DNA from: Elusimicrobia bacterium RIFOXYA2_FULL_39_19 | GTDB taxonomy: Bacteria > Elusimicrobiota > Endomicrobiia > CG1-02-37-114 > XYA2-FULL-39-19 | DNA length: 64,000 nucleotides | NCBI GenBank assembly: GCA_001800285.1 | Contig: MGVC01000014.1 | Coordinates: forward strand, 1,756 to 65,755 | Reading direction: 5' to 3' | Part shown: in pieces, positions 51,757 to 62,646 of the stretch | Numbering within the stretch: position 1 is the first letter of the stretch | Layout: the number at the start of each line of letters is the position of its first letter | Notes under the pieces: model-generated | Databases searched by the model: none | What the model saw: the letters and a program-made list of their open reading frames with translations, nothing else | Told to the model about the DNA's origin: nothing | Program-made: the position numbers and the translations under genes

Positions 51757-53647
51757 TGTATTGCTGTTTTCCTTTACACCTTGGAAAGTTTGAACATGAA
51801 TAGAATTTACCGAATCTGCTGGTTCGCAAATACATATTCGCACTGCATAAAGGGCATTTTATCTCTGTTAATATAGGTTTTTGTTTTTCTTCGATCTTGC
51901 TTTCAGCATGATCCATCTTTGCGTTAAACGGGGTATAAAATTCACTTACTACTTTTTCCCATTCCATTTTTCCATCAGCTATTTCATCAAGTTTTTCTTC
52001 GACGCTTGCGGTAAAATTAATATCCACAATTTCACTGAAATAGGACTTCAGTAAATCATTAACAGATATACCTATCTCCGACGGATAGAATTTTCTACTT
52101 TGAATAAACACATATTTTCTATTAAGAATATTAGATATTGTTGGCGCATAAGTTGAAGGTCGGCCTATGCCGTGTTTTTCAAGAGTTTTAATCAAGCTTG
52201 CTTCATTGTATCTTGGTGGAGGTTCTGTCTGATGCTGGCTATAAAGTACTTCGAGAAGTTTTAATATTTCATTAACTTCCATCTCAGGAATTATTTTTTC
52301 CTGAGGTGTATCTTCTCCGGAATCTTCTTCCTCTATTTCGTTCATTACTTTCAAGAATCCGGGAAAAATCAGAGTTCTGCCGGCCGCGCTGAACAAGTAT
52401 TCCCCTGCCGTAATTTGCACGTTTACACCGTCATATCTGGCTTCAGACATTTGGCTGGCAACAAATCTCTGCCAAATCATTTTATATAACTTCATCTGAT
52501 CTGGGTTTAAGTATTTACTAATTGTTTCCGGGTCCCGAAACACACTGGTAGGCCTTATTGCTTCATGCGCTTCCTGAGCTCCTTTTGATTTTGTTTTGTA
52601 GATGCGTGGTTTTTCGGGAAGATATTCTTTTCCTATTTTTTCTGTTATGTATTTTGTTGCTTCCACCTGAGCCTCTTTTGCTACGTTTACCGAATCAGTT
52701 CTCATGTAAGTTATTAAACCCACAGTACCTTCCGGAAGGTCAATACCTTCATACAAAGACTGGGCTATACTCATAACCCTGAATGAAGATAAACTTAGTT
52801 TTCTGACAGCATCTTGCTGAAGTGTAGATGTGGTATAAGGTGCCGATGGGTTTCTGTTTATTTTCTTTTTCGTTATTTCTTTTACCTGATACTGGGCTTT
52901 CTGAAGTTCCTGAATTATTGAATCACAGTTTTCTTTTGTTTTTATTGTTGAGCTTCCTGCAGTATATTTTTCGGCAAAAAACTCATGCACGGTCTGTTCC
53001 TGGAATTTAACATTGTTTTTTGAAATAAGGTCTGCAGAAAACTCAATGTTATCTTTAGAAAGCATAGCACTTATTTTATAGTATTCGCTGGATTTGAAGT
53101 TTTTTATTTCAAACTCTCTTTCTACAATAAGCCGTACCGCAACCGACTGAACTCTTCCTGCAGAAAGACCTGATGCAACTTTTCTCCATAATAGAGGGGA
53201 AAGTTTGTAACCCACAAGACGGTCCAGTATTCTGCGGGCCTGCTGAGAATCTACAAGCGTTAAATCAAGTTTTCTCGGCTTTTTTACTGCTTCCCTGATT
53301 GCTTCCTTTGTAATTTCATGAAAGGTTATTCTTTTCGCTTTCTTTTCATCTATTTTCAGTATTTGCGATAAATGCCATGCAATAGCTTCACCTTCCCGGT
53401 CAAAGTCAGTTGCAAGATATACATTATCCGCTTTTGAAACAAGCTGGGTTAATCCGGCGACAATTTTTTTTGCTCTGGATATTACCAGATAGGTAGGTTT
53501 AAAACCCTTTTCAACATCAACACCAAGAGATGTTTTCGGCAAATCCCTAACGTGTCCATAAGAACTTTTTACAATAAATTCTTTTTTGTCTAAAAATTTT
53601 GAAATGGTCTTTTCTTTTGTTGGTGACTCAACGATAACTAAGTTCAT
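51749..53647 (-). CDS. topA: DNA topoisomerase I.
   Basis: The TOPRIM N-terminus is MNLVIVESPTKEKTISKFL. The active-site region and a C-terminal C4 zinc ribbon (..CPLCSANM..CSNFPRC..) are present. Confidence 0.85.
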   Translation of the reverse strand: MNLVIVESPTKEKTISKFLDKKEFIVKSSYGHVRDLPKTSLGVDVEKGFKPTYLVISRAKKIVAGLTQLVSKADNVYLATDFDREGEAIAWHLSQILKIDEKKAKRITFHEITKEAIREAVKKPRKLDLTLVDSQQARRILDRLVGYKLSPLLWRKVASGLSAGRVQSVAVRLIVEREFEIKNFKSSEYYKISAMLSKDNIEFSADLISKNNVKFQEQTVHEFFAEKYTAGSSTIKTKENCDSIIQELQKAQYQVKEITKKKINRNPSAPYTTSTLQQDAVRKLSLSSFRVMSIAQSLYEGIDLPEGTVGLITYMRTDSVNVAKEAQVEATKYITEKIGKEYLPEKPRIYKTKSKGAQEAHEAIRPTSVFRDPETISKYLNPDQMKLYKMIWQRFVASQMSEARYDGVNVQITAGEYLFSAAGRTLIFPGFLKVMNEIEEEDSGEDTPQEKIIPEMEVNEILKLLEVLYSQHQTEPPPRYNEASLIKTLEKHGIGRPSTYAPTISNILNRKYVFIQSRKFYPSEIGISVNDLLKSYFSEIVDINFTASVEEKLDEIADGKMEWEKVVSEFYTPFNAKMDHAESKIEEKQKPILTEIKCPLCSANMYLRTSRFGKFYSCSNFPRCKGKQQYNG

Positions 53648-54765
53648 AATTTCATGTATACCTTTCCGGGTAAAGATTTTAGCTTCTGTTTTATTTCAAG
53701 AGCTATTAAAGCTTCCGAGAGTTCCCCAAAACTACATTCGGAAGATTTGCGCAATTTATCAATATTCACACCTTCCGGTGAATCATCTAATATGGAAAGA
53801 ATTTTAATTTCCAAAGGGTTTAAAATTGTAAACTCGTTATGTTGGCTTTCAATTACCGCTGATTTTGAACGCTCTTTCAGCCAGTCTGCCAGTAAAGAGA
53901 TTTCATCAACTACATCATTAGCGTTTTCAATTAATTTTGCTCCCTGCTTTATCAGAAAATGCGGGCCTGTGCTGACTTTTGAAAATATGCTTCCTGGAAC
54001 TGCAAATACATCTTTTCCCTGTTCAAGTGCGCACTTGGCAGTTATAAGCGTACCGCTTTTTTCATCACCTTCTATAACAATAGTTCCCAGGGAAAGCCCT
54101 GCAATTAATCTGTTTCTTCTCGGAAAATTAAATTTTTCCGGGCCATAATCAAAAGGAAACTCGCTTATCAAAGCGCCCTGAGCGCATATCTTATCTTCAA
54201 GTTTTCTGTTTTCCGGAGGATAATGCTTTCCTAAACCGTTTCCAAGTACTGCTATAGTACGCGCATTGTTGTTTAAAGCCGTCTTGTGCGCTATTGTGTC
54301 AATTCCCCTGGCTAATCCGCTGACAATGGTTACCTGAAGTTTTGCAAAATCTTTTGTAATTATTTCTGTTACAGCATTTCCGTACTGTGTTGGTTTTCTT
54401 GTACCAACAACTGCTACAGAATATACATCATCATTTTTCAGGCTGCCCTTAACATAAAGCACCTGCGGATAATCCTGTAAAGTCAGCAATTGCTGAGGAT
54501 AATTCCTGTTTGAAGGAATTAATATTTCTATCCCGTTTTCTTTTGTCTTCAATATTTCTTTGTCAACATCAATGTTATTTCTGCTTTTCAACACTTTTGA
54601 AGCAATTTCGGCAGTAAACTCTCCTGCGGCACATATTTCTTCAACCGTACTATCAAATATCTTTGATGCATTTCCAAAATAGTTCACCAGTTTCCCGGCG
54701 CGTATACAACCTATTTCAGGAACCATGTTAAGCAATACGCTGGCATGTAATTCTGTTAATTGCAT
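53644..54765 (-). CDS. dprA: DNA processing protein DprA (Smf).
   Basis: A Rossmann-like DprA core (..VVGTRKPTQYG.., ..GLARGIDTIAH..) and a C-terminal winged-helix are present. It sits in the common dprA-topA arrangement. Confidence 0.85.
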   Translation of the reverse strand: MQLTELHASVLLNMVPEIGCIRAGKLVNYFGNASKIFDSTVEEICAAGEFTAEIASKVLKSRNNIDVDKEILKTKENGIEILIPSNRNYPQQLLTLQDYPQVLYVKGSLKNDDVYSVAVVGTRKPTQYGNAVTEIITKDFAKLQVTIVSGLARGIDTIAHKTALNNNARTIAVLGNGLGKHYPPENRKLEDKICAQGALISEFPFDYGPEKFNFPRRNRLIAGLSLGTIVIEGDEKSGTLITAKCALEQGKDVFAVPGSIFSKVSTGPHFLIKQGAKLIENANDVVDEISLLADWLKERSKSAVIESQHNEFTILNPLEIKILSILDDSPEGVNIDKLRKSSECSFGELSEALIALEIKQKLKSLPGKVYMKL

Positions 54766-54799
54766 AGAAAATTTGTTTATTACCTGTGGCGGGAAGATA

Positions 54800-55186
54800 T
54801 CAGTAGCCTTTTAGAACCCCGATTCTTTTTTCGGAAAAATTGCAATCCGTAGATTCCGGATAAAGATCAATCAGTTTTTTGTATTCTTCTATGGCTTTTT
54901 TTCTATCTTCTTTTTCATCATATAAATGAGCAAGACCGAATTGTGCTTTGGGTGCCCATTGTGTATCAGGATAATTTTTAAGAATTTTTTTGTAATTGCT
55001 TATACCGTTATCCCAGTTAGAAAATATCGTATTGAATTGGCCCAGATTATAATAGACAACAGGAATATATTTCCAGTCTTTGTGGGCATCTAAATATTCT
55101 TCAATTTTGCCCGTTTCCGACAAATACTTTATTCCGTGATAAGAGCCATAAACCAGTAAAATGATTATTACTATTTTACGTATCAT
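54800..55186 (-). CDS. Small TPR-like protein with a signal peptide or membrane anchor.
   Basis: 128 aa with an N-terminal hydrophobic segment and TPR-like helices. Confidence 0.45.
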   Translation of the reverse strand: MIRKIVIIILLVYGSYHGIKYLSETGKIEEYLDAHKDWKYIPVVYYNLGQFNTIFSNWDNGISNYKKILKNYPDTQWAPKAQFGLAHLYDEKEDRKKAIEEYKKLIDLYPESTDCNFSEKRIGVLKGY

Positions 55187-55192
55187 CAGCGC

Positions 55193-56107
55193 TTATTCCT
55201 CGCTTATTTTTACGTAATCGCCTTTAACCAGGGGTTCGTAAGATTTCAAAACTATTGCAGTAGAACTGGTCCTGTTAACTTCTCTTGTTATTTCCAGTAT
55301 GCCTACTCTTAAAACCTGATAGCCTATTAGATTACCATCGTTGTCACGAACCTTATCCTTCTTTCGGTAAACATCAAGCCTGATTCCTTCTTTAATTCCT
55401 GAATTTGAACCAATGTCAATAAAAACAGTATCGCTTTGAGAAATTAGCGTTCTGCCGTCTTTTGAACCTACAATTTTTCCATCAAGATTATAGTTCATGG
55501 GCACTACAAAACTGTTGGGTGCACCGTATTTTGTTTTTCCTTTTGTTTTTTTTGGTTTTATTGCTTTTTTGGGAGGCTCTACTACCGGTTTTTCTTCTTC
55601 AACTTCTTCTACTATTTCCGGCTCACTTTCTTCTGCTACAGGTTCTTCAATAGTTTGTTCGGGAACCGGTTCTTCTACGGGAGCCTGTTGTACTGTTTCA
55701 GCTGTTTCTTCAACAGGAGCAGGCGGTTCCGGTGAAACTTCAGGCTCTTCTGTTTTTGCTTCCGGCGAAGGGGGTTCTGCCAGGGCTACCTCCTGCACAG
55801 GTTCTGCTTCCTGTACTGCTTCAGGTTCTTCAGCAATTGCCGGAGGTTCTGCCAAAACATCAACAGAATTTAAACCAGGGATAATGATTTCCTGATTTGG
55901 ATAAATTAAATCAGGATTTTTTACAGTTTCTGAATTGGCTTCAAATATTTTTTTCCATAACCAGGGGTTTTGATAATGTTTTCCGGCTAAATCCCAAAGA
56001 GTGTCTTTTTCTACAACCTTGTAATTTAAATCTTCAGAAAAAATACCTAGGCTGCATACCAAAATAATTATAAACGTATTAACAAAAAATAATCCTTTTT
56101 TTAACAT
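55193..56107 (-). CDS. LysM-domain protein with a Pro/Glu-rich linker and a C-terminal beta-rich domain.
   Basis: LysM motif is YKVVEKDTLWDLAGKHY..IYPNQEIIIP. A long EPxxEE low-complexity region follows. Confidence 0.6.
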   Translation of the reverse strand: MLKKGLFFVNTFIIILVCSLGIFSEDLNYKVVEKDTLWDLAGKHYQNPWLWKKIFEANSETVKNPDLIYPNQEIIIPGLNSVDVLAEPPAIAEEPEAVQEAEPVQEVALAEPPSPEAKTEEPEVSPEPPAPVEETAETVQQAPVEEPVPEQTIEEPVAEESEPEIVEEVEEEKPVVEPPKKAIKPKKTKGKTKYGAPNSFVVPMNYNLDGKIVGSKDGRTLISQSDTVFIDIGSNSGIKEGIRLDVYRKKDKVRDNDGNLIGYQVLRVGILEITREVNRTSSTAIVLKSYEPLVKGDYVKISEE

Positions 56108-56193
56108 TTATTACCTCTCTTTATGGGTTTTTTACCCTGCTCTATAATTAATTATTTTAATTATTATAAAATAAAAATTAAAAGTCAACTGTT

Positions 56194-56829
56194 CTAGGTA
56201 TTTCCGGTATTCTTTTCAAACTTAAAAAACCAGAAGTACGATTCGGTTAAAATAATTCCTATTATGGCCCCAGCTATAACATCACTAAGATAATGAACCC
56301 CAACATAAATCCTGCTTATCCCCACTACCATTGCAACCGCAAAAAATATCCATGCACGTTTTTTTATTGTTTTACTTAAAAAAACAGCTGAGGTAAATAT
56401 TGCCTGGGTGTGCCCTGAAGGGAACCCGTGTTCTCTCATCTCCGGAGACAGCAGTTTTATATCATGAATCCTCTGAAGAGGCCTGGGTCTGTTGAAAATA
56501 TACTTTAAAATCTGTATTACAAGCCCACCAATTATTAAAATAGTCATGAAATATGTAAAATTGTATTTGAAATTCTTTTTATCATGAAAATAAAGAATTA
56601 ATCCTACCATAGGTATTATTACTCTGCCATCACCAAGCATGGTCATAAAAATCATAAACCCATCACAAATATCAGAATTTGTAGAATGATTTATGTAAAT
56701 AACCGCTCTGTCATCAAAATTATTAAACTCAGATTTGAACTTCTCCCATCTGGATTGGCCAAAAGCAGCGGACGTGAGAAAAAAACCAAAAAATATTAAA
56801 AAAACAATTATTCTTCTGATGATTTTCAT
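56194..56829 (-). CDS. PAP2-family phosphatase (undecaprenyl-diphosphatase-like).
   Basis: PAP2 motifs KxxxxxxRP (..FNRPRP), PSGH (FPSGHT) and SRxxxxxHxxxD (SRIYVGVHYLSDV) are present. Start taken at M12 of the track ORF. Confidence 0.7.
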   Translation of the reverse strand: MKIIRRIIVFLIFFGFFLTSAAFGQSRWEKFKSEFNNFDDRAVIYINHSTNSDICDGFMIFMTMLGDGRVIIPMVGLILYFHDKKNFKYNFTYFMTILIIGGLVIQILKYIFNRPRPLQRIHDIKLLSPEMREHGFPSGHTQAIFTSAVFLSKTIKKRAWIFFAVAMVVGISRIYVGVHYLSDVIAGAIIGIILTESYFWFFKFEKNTGNT

Positions 56830-56836
56830 ATATACC

Positions 56837-58450
56837 TCAATTTTCCAGTAGAATATAACCACCGGATTCCTTTCTTATGTTTACATCATATGATAATAAA
56901 TTATCTACCAGCCTTTTTTGAGTTAAAACAAATGTTTTCACGCCAATCGTCTGATTATTTAACAAAATGCATTCAAATCTGTACTTTTCTTCTTCTGATA
57001 AAAACACAGTCTTGTGCCTTGAATAAAACACAACACTTGGCTGCTGCAGCGCATAAACTATAAGGGTATCATTATCTTTCATGTTTGACTTGGCTTCAAG
57101 CGTTAAATCCGTTATGGGTCCCTGCATAATTTTCCAACCGGCAGGCATTACATATCCAGAGAAAATAAAGTTAAAAATAAACATTCCCGAAACTATAACA
57201 ATAAAAGCTTCTACTTTTCTTTTTATCTTGAAACAAAAATAAATGGAACCCGTATAAATAACTAAAAAAACAGACAGAAGAATTGCTGGAATACCTAACG
57301 AAACATGTTCCGATAAAAAAGGATTACTAAAGTTTGTCCGGGCAATATTTATCAGCTGTTCATTTAATCCAAATAAAATACCAAAAGAAAAAGCAACAAC
57401 GGACAGCAAAAGTAGTGCTAATGAAATTTCTTTTTTGTAGTATCTTTCTGTTTTAAAATAGCTGTTCCACCAGTTAGCAACCATGATACTTATAGGAACA
57501 AATACCGGAAAAATGTAATTCGGCAATTTTGTTTGAGCTATGGTGAAAAAGATAAAAGGAATAACAGCCCATAAAAAAATCAACAATGTTTTTTTATCTC
57601 TCTGTATCATTCTGAATATACCTGCCGGCAAAAACCCGGACCAGGGGAAAAAACCGAAAAGAATTACAAAAAAGTAGTAAAACACATTTCCGGAATGGCC
57701 TTCAAAAGAAGATGAAAAACGGGTTATATTATGGTAAAGAAAAAAATCTTTAATAAAATATCCATTGGTTGCTACTGAAACTATAATGTACCAGGGAAGA
57801 CTGATAAGCAAAAATATACCTAGCCCTTTAAGTAATTGCATTTCTTTCACTTTTCGTAAGTCCTTGCATATTGTCAGAAATGTTACAACAATCATGAATG
57901 GAATTACTATTCCAAAAGGCCCTTTCGTTAATGTAGCCAAAGCAGAAAACACGTAAAACCATAAATAGTATTTTTTTTTGTTGTTAAAGTATGCGGTCAT
58001 AAAACTGAATATTGCACAGGTCATTGTCAAAACCATTAATGTATCCATAGTGGCAGCCTTGCCTACAACTATAGCCTCAACATTTGTAGCCAAAATAACA
58101 GCCGCCATTATTCCTATGGACTTATCAAATAATTTCCTTGAAAAATAGTAAGTTATGCCAAAAAGCAAAAACATAAATACCACACTTGGCATTCTGGAAG
58201 CAAACTCTGTTACACCTAAAATTTTATAACTTATTCCTGCAAACCAGTAATAAAGTACAGGCTTATGTAAAAACGGCAGATAATTAAATTGCGGCACAAA
58301 AATATTTCCTGTTTCAACCATTTCCCGGGCAACTTCTGAATAATATGCTTCGTCTTCGTCAAATAATCCGCACTTGTCTATTCCATAAAACAAGTAAAAC
58401 ACCAGCAATAAACCTAAAACTGAATATTTGATTATTTCCTTTGTTTTCAT
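56837..58450 (-). CDS. GT39/GT83 ArnT/PMT-like membrane glycosyltransferase.
   Basis: Polytopic. The conserved N-terminal DE..Y motif region is ..FDEDEAYYSEVAREMVETGN... Confidence 0.7.
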   Translation of the reverse strand: MKTKEIIKYSVLGLLLVFYLFYGIDKCGLFDEDEAYYSEVAREMVETGNIFVPQFNYLPFLHKPVLYYWFAGISYKILGVTEFASRMPSVVFMFLLFGITYYFSRKLFDKSIGIMAAVILATNVEAIVVGKAATMDTLMVLTMTCAIFSFMTAYFNNKKKYYLWFYVFSALATLTKGPFGIVIPFMIVVTFLTICKDLRKVKEMQLLKGLGIFLLISLPWYIIVSVATNGYFIKDFFLYHNITRFSSSFEGHSGNVFYYFFVILFGFFPWSGFLPAGIFRMIQRDKKTLLIFLWAVIPFIFFTIAQTKLPNYIFPVFVPISIMVANWWNSYFKTERYYKKEISLALLLLSVVAFSFGILFGLNEQLINIARTNFSNPFLSEHVSLGIPAILLSVFLVIYTGSIYFCFKIKRKVEAFIVIVSGMFIFNFIFSGYVMPAGWKIMQGPITDLTLEAKSNMKDNDTLIVYALQQPSVVFYSRHKTVFLSEEEKYRFECILLNNQTIGVKTFVLTQKRLVDNLLSYDVNIRKESGGYILLEN

Positions 58451-59997
58451 ACCAACCTTCTATCAACGGACCTGTATTGAATTGCTTCCGACACATCCAT
58501 AGCTTCAATACTGTCTCTTTGGCTTAAATCAGCGATGGTCCTTGCCACCTTTAAAACGCTGTCATAAGCTCTTGCTGATAATCCCAACCGCTCAATGGAC
58601 TGTTTTAATACTTTTTTTGACGGCTCATCTAATTTACAGTGTTTTTTTATAAGTTTGGAGGTCATTCTTGTATTTGAATATATTTTTTCATTCTTAAGTC
58701 TTTCAATCTGCATTTCCCTGGCCTTGAGAACTCTTTTTCTTATTTCTGAAGATGACTCCGAAGGTGATTTGTCTTCAATCATTTCAGAAGATTTTAATGA
58801 AGGAACATCAAGATGTATATCAATTCTATCCATCAAGGGGCCTGAAATTCTGTTTATATATTTCTGTATTTGAAAAAGATTACAAACACATTCTTTTTCC
58901 GGGTGTCCGTAGTAGCCGCACGGACAGGGGTTCATTGCGGCAACCAGCATAAAACTTGCCGGAAAAGTAAGACTTGTCTGGGCTCTGGATATTGTTACTA
59001 CGCCATCCTGAAGCGGCTGTCTCAGTACTTCAAGCACATCCCTGTGAAATTCCGGCAGTTCATCTAAAAATAATATACCGTTATGAGCCAGGCTTACTTC
59101 CCCCGGTTTCGGATAGGTCCCTCCGCCTATAAGCGCAACATTTGAAATTGTATGATGCGGGGAACGAAACGGCCTGAATGAAAGCAGTCCTTTGTTTCCT
59201 GAAATATAGCCTGCAACAGAATGTATTTTTGTTGTTTCCAGGGATTCATCAAAATTCAGCATAGGAAGTATGGTGGGCATTCTTTTTGCAAGCATTGTTT
59301 TTCCTGCCCCGGGCTGACCGATCATAAGTACATTATGTCCGCCTGCCGCAGCTATTTCCAAAGCTCTTTTAGCAAATTCCTGCCCTTTTACTTCTGAAAA
59401 ATCCAAATCTTCAGGATGTTTTATATTTTTTATATCAAGACCCTCAACAACTACCGGATCTAAAGAAATTTCATTATTAAGAAAATCTACAACTTCCTTC
59501 AAGTTATTCACCGCTATGATATTTTTACAATTAAGCATTGCCGCTTCATGGGCATTGCCTTTAGGCAAAATTATACCTTCTATTTCCGGGTTTTTAGTTT
59601 CGGATATCTCTCTTACTGCAAGGGTAATGGGCAGAATACCCTTAACTTCCCTCAAACTTCCGTCCAATGCCAGCTCTCCGATTAAAACATACTTTTTCAG
59701 CTTATCTGTTTTAACTGTTTCGGATGCCGCCAGTATTCCAATGGCTATGGGAAGGTCAAATCCGACTCCTTCTTTCTTTAAATCAGCTGGAGCAAGATTA
59801 ACCGTAATTTTTCGCATCTGGTGATCATAACCGGAATTTTTTATTGCAGCTATTACCCGGTCTTTTGATTCCGTTATGGCCCTGTCAGGAAGGCCTATAG
59901 TAGCAAAGGTAGGCAACCCGGAAGATATATCTACCTCCACTTGTACTATATATCCGTTAATTCCATGAATTGTTGCTGACAATACCTGAGATAACAT
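58447..59997 (-). CDS. comM: Mg-chelatase-like AAA+ protein YifB/ComM.
   Basis: An N-terminal Lon-like domain is present. Walker A is GQPGAGKT. The ..GVLFLDELPEF.. box and the C-terminal Mg-chelatase ChlI region are present. Confidence 0.85.
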   Translation of the reverse strand: MLSQVLSATIHGINGYIVQVEVDISSGLPTFATIGLPDRAITESKDRVIAAIKNSGYDHQMRKITVNLAPADLKKEGVGFDLPIAIGILAASETVKTDKLKKYVLIGELALDGSLREVKGILPITLAVREISETKNPEIEGIILPKGNAHEAAMLNCKNIIAVNNLKEVVDFLNNEISLDPVVVEGLDIKNIKHPEDLDFSEVKGQEFAKRALEIAAAGGHNVLMIGQPGAGKTMLAKRMPTILPMLNFDESLETTKIHSVAGYISGNKGLLSFRPFRSPHHTISNVALIGGGTYPKPGEVSLAHNGILFLDELPEFHRDVLEVLRQPLQDGVVTISRAQTSLTFPASFMLVAAMNPCPCGYYGHPEKECVCNLFQIQKYINRISGPLMDRIDIHLDVPSLKSSEMIEDKSPSESSSEIRKRVLKAREMQIERLKNEKIYSNTRMTSKLIKKHCKLDEPSKKVLKQSIERLGLSARAYDSVLKVARTIADLSQRDSIEAMDVSEAIQYRSVDRRLV

Positions 59998-59998
59998 T

Positions 59999-60364
59999 TT
60001 AGTAAAATATTTTCCCTTCTATCTGAAATGCATTCTTTATTAATTCAATTTTTTCGTTTGTGATTGCAACCACATCAAAACGCATATTCTTATTAATCAG
60101 ATTTTTTGATTTCAGGTACATTAACGCGGTCTTAGCAATTTTCAGCTGTTTCCTTCTGTCTATTGCTTCCTGCGGCAAACCATAATTCATACTGCTGCGA
60201 TTTTTTACTTCTATAAAAACCACATCTTTTTTATCTTCTGCTATTATATCAACTTCACCGTAACGGGTTTTAAAATTGTTTTCTAAAATTTTATAACCGT
60301 TTTTCAAAAGGTATTCGGCTGCTTTCTGTTCTCCAATATTTCCAAACTCTTTTCTTTTTTCCAT
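59999..60364 (-). CDS. yraN: YraN-family (UPF0102) endonuclease-like protein.
   Basis: ..GEVDIIAEDKKDVVFIEVKNRS.. matches the PD-(D/E)xK YraN family. Confidence 0.8.
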   Translation of the reverse strand: MEKRKEFGNIGEQKAAEYLLKNGYKILENNFKTRYGEVDIIAEDKKDVVFIEVKNRSSMNYGLPQEAIDRRKQLKIAKTALMYLKSKNLINKNMRFDVVAITNEKIELIKNAFQIEGKIFY

Positions 60365-60374
60365 TAATCGTTTT

Positions 60375-60968
60375 CTACTTAAAATTAAATGTTAGTCTGT
60401 GTATTTTTGTAAGCCCGTATTTTTTTATGGCTTCTTTATGCGCTTTTGTTGGATATCCTTTATGTACATTGAACCCGTATTGAGGATAACTGGTGTGCAT
60501 TTTGTACATAATATTATCCCTTGTAACTTTTGCTATGATGGACGCAGCAGCTACACAGGCACTTTTTGTATCACCTTTTATGATGGGTTTTTGTTTGTTT
60601 TTCAGTTTAGGAATTGTAAACGGGCCGTCAATGAGTACTAAATCGGGGTTTATTTTTAATTTTTTTACTGCTTTTTTCATGGCCAAGTAGGTTGCATTAA
60701 AAATATTGATGCGGTCTATTGTTTTGTGACTGCAAATACCGATACCTATGGAAACTGACTTCTGCTGTATTAACTTAAAAATTTCTTTTCTTTTAGCTTC
60801 AGTAAGGGTCTTGCTGTCATTTATTCCCTTGATATGTATATTTTTTGGCAGGATAACCGCAGAAGCTACCACCGGACCGGCCAGAGGCCCTCTTCCGGCT
60901 TCATCAACTCCTGCAATATATTTGAAGTTTTTGTAATACTTTTTGTCAAATCCAAAAAGCGAAGACAT
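60375..60968 (-). CDS. rnhB: Ribonuclease HII.
   Basis: ..IAGVDEAGRGPLAGPVVASAV.. and ..DSKTL.. motifs are present. Confidence 0.85.
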   Translation of the reverse strand: MSSLFGFDKKYYKNFKYIAGVDEAGRGPLAGPVVASAVILPKNIHIKGINDSKTLTEAKRKEIFKLIQQKSVSIGIGICSHKTIDRINIFNATYLAMKKAVKKLKINPDLVLIDGPFTIPKLKNKQKPIIKGDTKSACVAAASIIAKVTRDNIMYKMHTSYPQYGFNVHKGYPTKAHKEAIKKYGLTKIHRLTFNFK

Positions 60969-61345
60969 TAAGCCTTTGCGGCTGTATTTTCAGCTGCTGG
61001 TGCTTCTTCTTTTAATTCATCTTCAACTTTTGAAGCTTTTCCGGTAAGAGCTCTTAAATAATAGAGTTTTGCTCTTCTTACCTTGCCTTTTTTGACCACT
61101 TCAATTTTATCAATGGAAGGTGAATGCATGGGAAATATTCTTTCTATACCCACACCAAAAGAAACCTTTCTTACTGTAAATGTTTCATTAAGCCCACCGC
61201 TGTGCTTTCTAATTACAATACCCTCAAAAGCCTGCAGCCTTTGCGCTTCGCCTTCTTTGATTTTTACAACCACTCTTACAGTATCTCCGTGGTTGAATTT
61301 TGTGATGTTGGTTTTTTTCTGCGATGCTAGAATTTCATCAATCAT
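60968..61345 (-). CDS. rplS: 50S ribosomal protein L19.
   Basis: ..[23 protein letters not shown].. is the L19 signature. Confidence 0.9.
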   Translation of the reverse strand: MIDEILASQKKTNITKFNHGDTVRVVVKIKEGEAQRLQAFEGIVIRKHSGGLNETFTVRKVSFGVGIERIFPMHSPSIDKIEVVKKGKVRRAKLYYLRALTGKASKVEDELKEEAPAAENTAAKA

Positions 61346-62081
61346 TTTTCTGCTCCTTTTTTAGTTCTTTCACTAATTTTATTTCTTCTTCCGTCAAATT
61401 TTTGTTTTTAAAGAGTTCCGGCCTTTTTAAAAGCGTGTTTTTAAAAGATTGTTTTTTTCTCCACTTTTCTATTTCTTTATGATTACCTGATAATAAGACG
61501 TCCGGAACTTTTGCTTTTTTAAAAATCCTGGGCCGGGTATAATGCGGATAATCAAGCAGGCCGTTAAAAAAAGAATCTTTTTCTACCGATTCATTCTCTT
61601 TTATTACTCCCGGCATGAACCTGGCTATAGCATCAACAACAACCATGGCAGGCAGTTCCCCGCCAGTTAAAACATAGTCGCCTATTGATATTTCTGAATC
61701 TATCAGTTTCATTACTCTTTCATCTACGCCTTCATAATGCGCACAAATGAAAATCAGATGTTTTTCTTTTGAAAGATCTATTGCAACTTTATTATTCAGT
61801 GCTTTCCCTTGGGGAGAAAGAAAAATTATCTTTGATTTCAGTTTTTTTGTAACTTTTTTTATATACCCTACTGCTTTATAAACGGGTTCGGCTTTCAGTA
61901 CCATGCCGCTGCCGCCGCCGAAGGGCCTGTCATCTACTATTCTGTGTTTATTTTCAGAAAAATCCCGGAGATTATGAATCTTAATATCCAATATTCCGTT
62001 TTTTCTGGCTCTTCCTATCATACTCTCTTCAAAGATCTGGTCAAACATTCTAGGAAAAATCGTAATAATATCAATTTTCAT
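61338..62081 (-). CDS. trmD: tRNA (guanine37-N1)-methyltransferase TrmD.
   Basis: [14 protein letters not shown].., the SPOUT knot motifs and ..[14 protein letters not shown].. are present. Confidence 0.9.
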   Translation of the reverse strand: MKIDIITIFPRMFDQIFEESMIGRARKNGILDIKIHNLRDFSENKHRIVDDRPFGGGSGMVLKAEPVYKAVGYIKKVTKKLKSKIIFLSPQGKALNNKVAIDLSKEKHLIFICAHYEGVDERVMKLIDSEISIGDYVLTGGELPAMVVVDAIARFMPGVIKENESVEKDSFFNGLLDYPHYTRPRIFKKAKVPDVLLSGNHKEIEKWRKKQSFKNTLLKRPELFKNKNLTEEEIKLVKELKKEQKND

Positions 62082-62089
62082 ATAAAGAA

Positions 62090-62611
62090 TTAAACTTCTT
62101 TATCATCAAGCAATCCGCTGAGAGGCTTAATAACTACTTTCTTGTTTTCTGTATCAATACTTTTTATGATTTCTTTTGTTACCGGTATAAGGCGTTCTGT
62201 ATTATCTTTTCTTTTTACTATAAGAACATCATTTGAACCGGTTTTAAACAACTCGGTTACTTTTCCGATATTTTCATTAGCATCCGAAAACACTTCACAA
62301 CCTATCAAATCATCAACCCAAAATACATTTTCCGGAAGTTTTTCAAGGTTGATACCGATACTATAACCCTGAACCTTTTTTGCTATATCTATATTGTCTA
62401 TTTTTATTATTTTAAGCAGCCAAAGGTTATTAAACTGTCGGATGGATTCTATTTCAAAAGGGCCTTGCAAATCATCTTTTTTTTCAAGAAATATGTGCTG
62501 ACCCGGGGTTAGGCAGTGTTTACTGTTAATCTCAGCGGAAAGTTCGCCCTTAATACCATGAGTTTTAACTATAAAACCAACCTTTAACAGTCGCTTTTCA
62601 AATGTTCCCAT
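62090..62611 (-). CDS. rimM: 16S rRNA processing protein RimM.
   Basis: The RimM N-terminal barrel is ..KVGFIVKTHGIKGEL.. and the PRC barrel is C-terminal. Confidence 0.85.
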   Translation of the reverse strand: MGTFEKRLLKVGFIVKTHGIKGELSAEINSKHCLTPGQHIFLEKKDDLQGPFEIESIRQFNNLWLLKIIKIDNIDIAKKVQGYSIGINLEKLPENVFWVDDLIGCEVFSDANENIGKVTELFKTGSNDVLIVKRKDNTERLIPVTKEIIKSIDTENKKVVIKPLSGLLDDKEV

Positions 62612-62646
62612 TACCTACCTTAACTTTTTCTAAATTTTCCGGCAGG

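Noticed and set aside
50860-51843. Long form of the xerC/xerD-like gene starting at 51843 (MRICICEP...), overlapping topA by 95 nt.
   Set aside because: The N-terminal 29 residues are atypical. The internal Met at 51756 gives a ~298-aa recombinase of normal length that abuts the topA stop. The shorter form is preferred.
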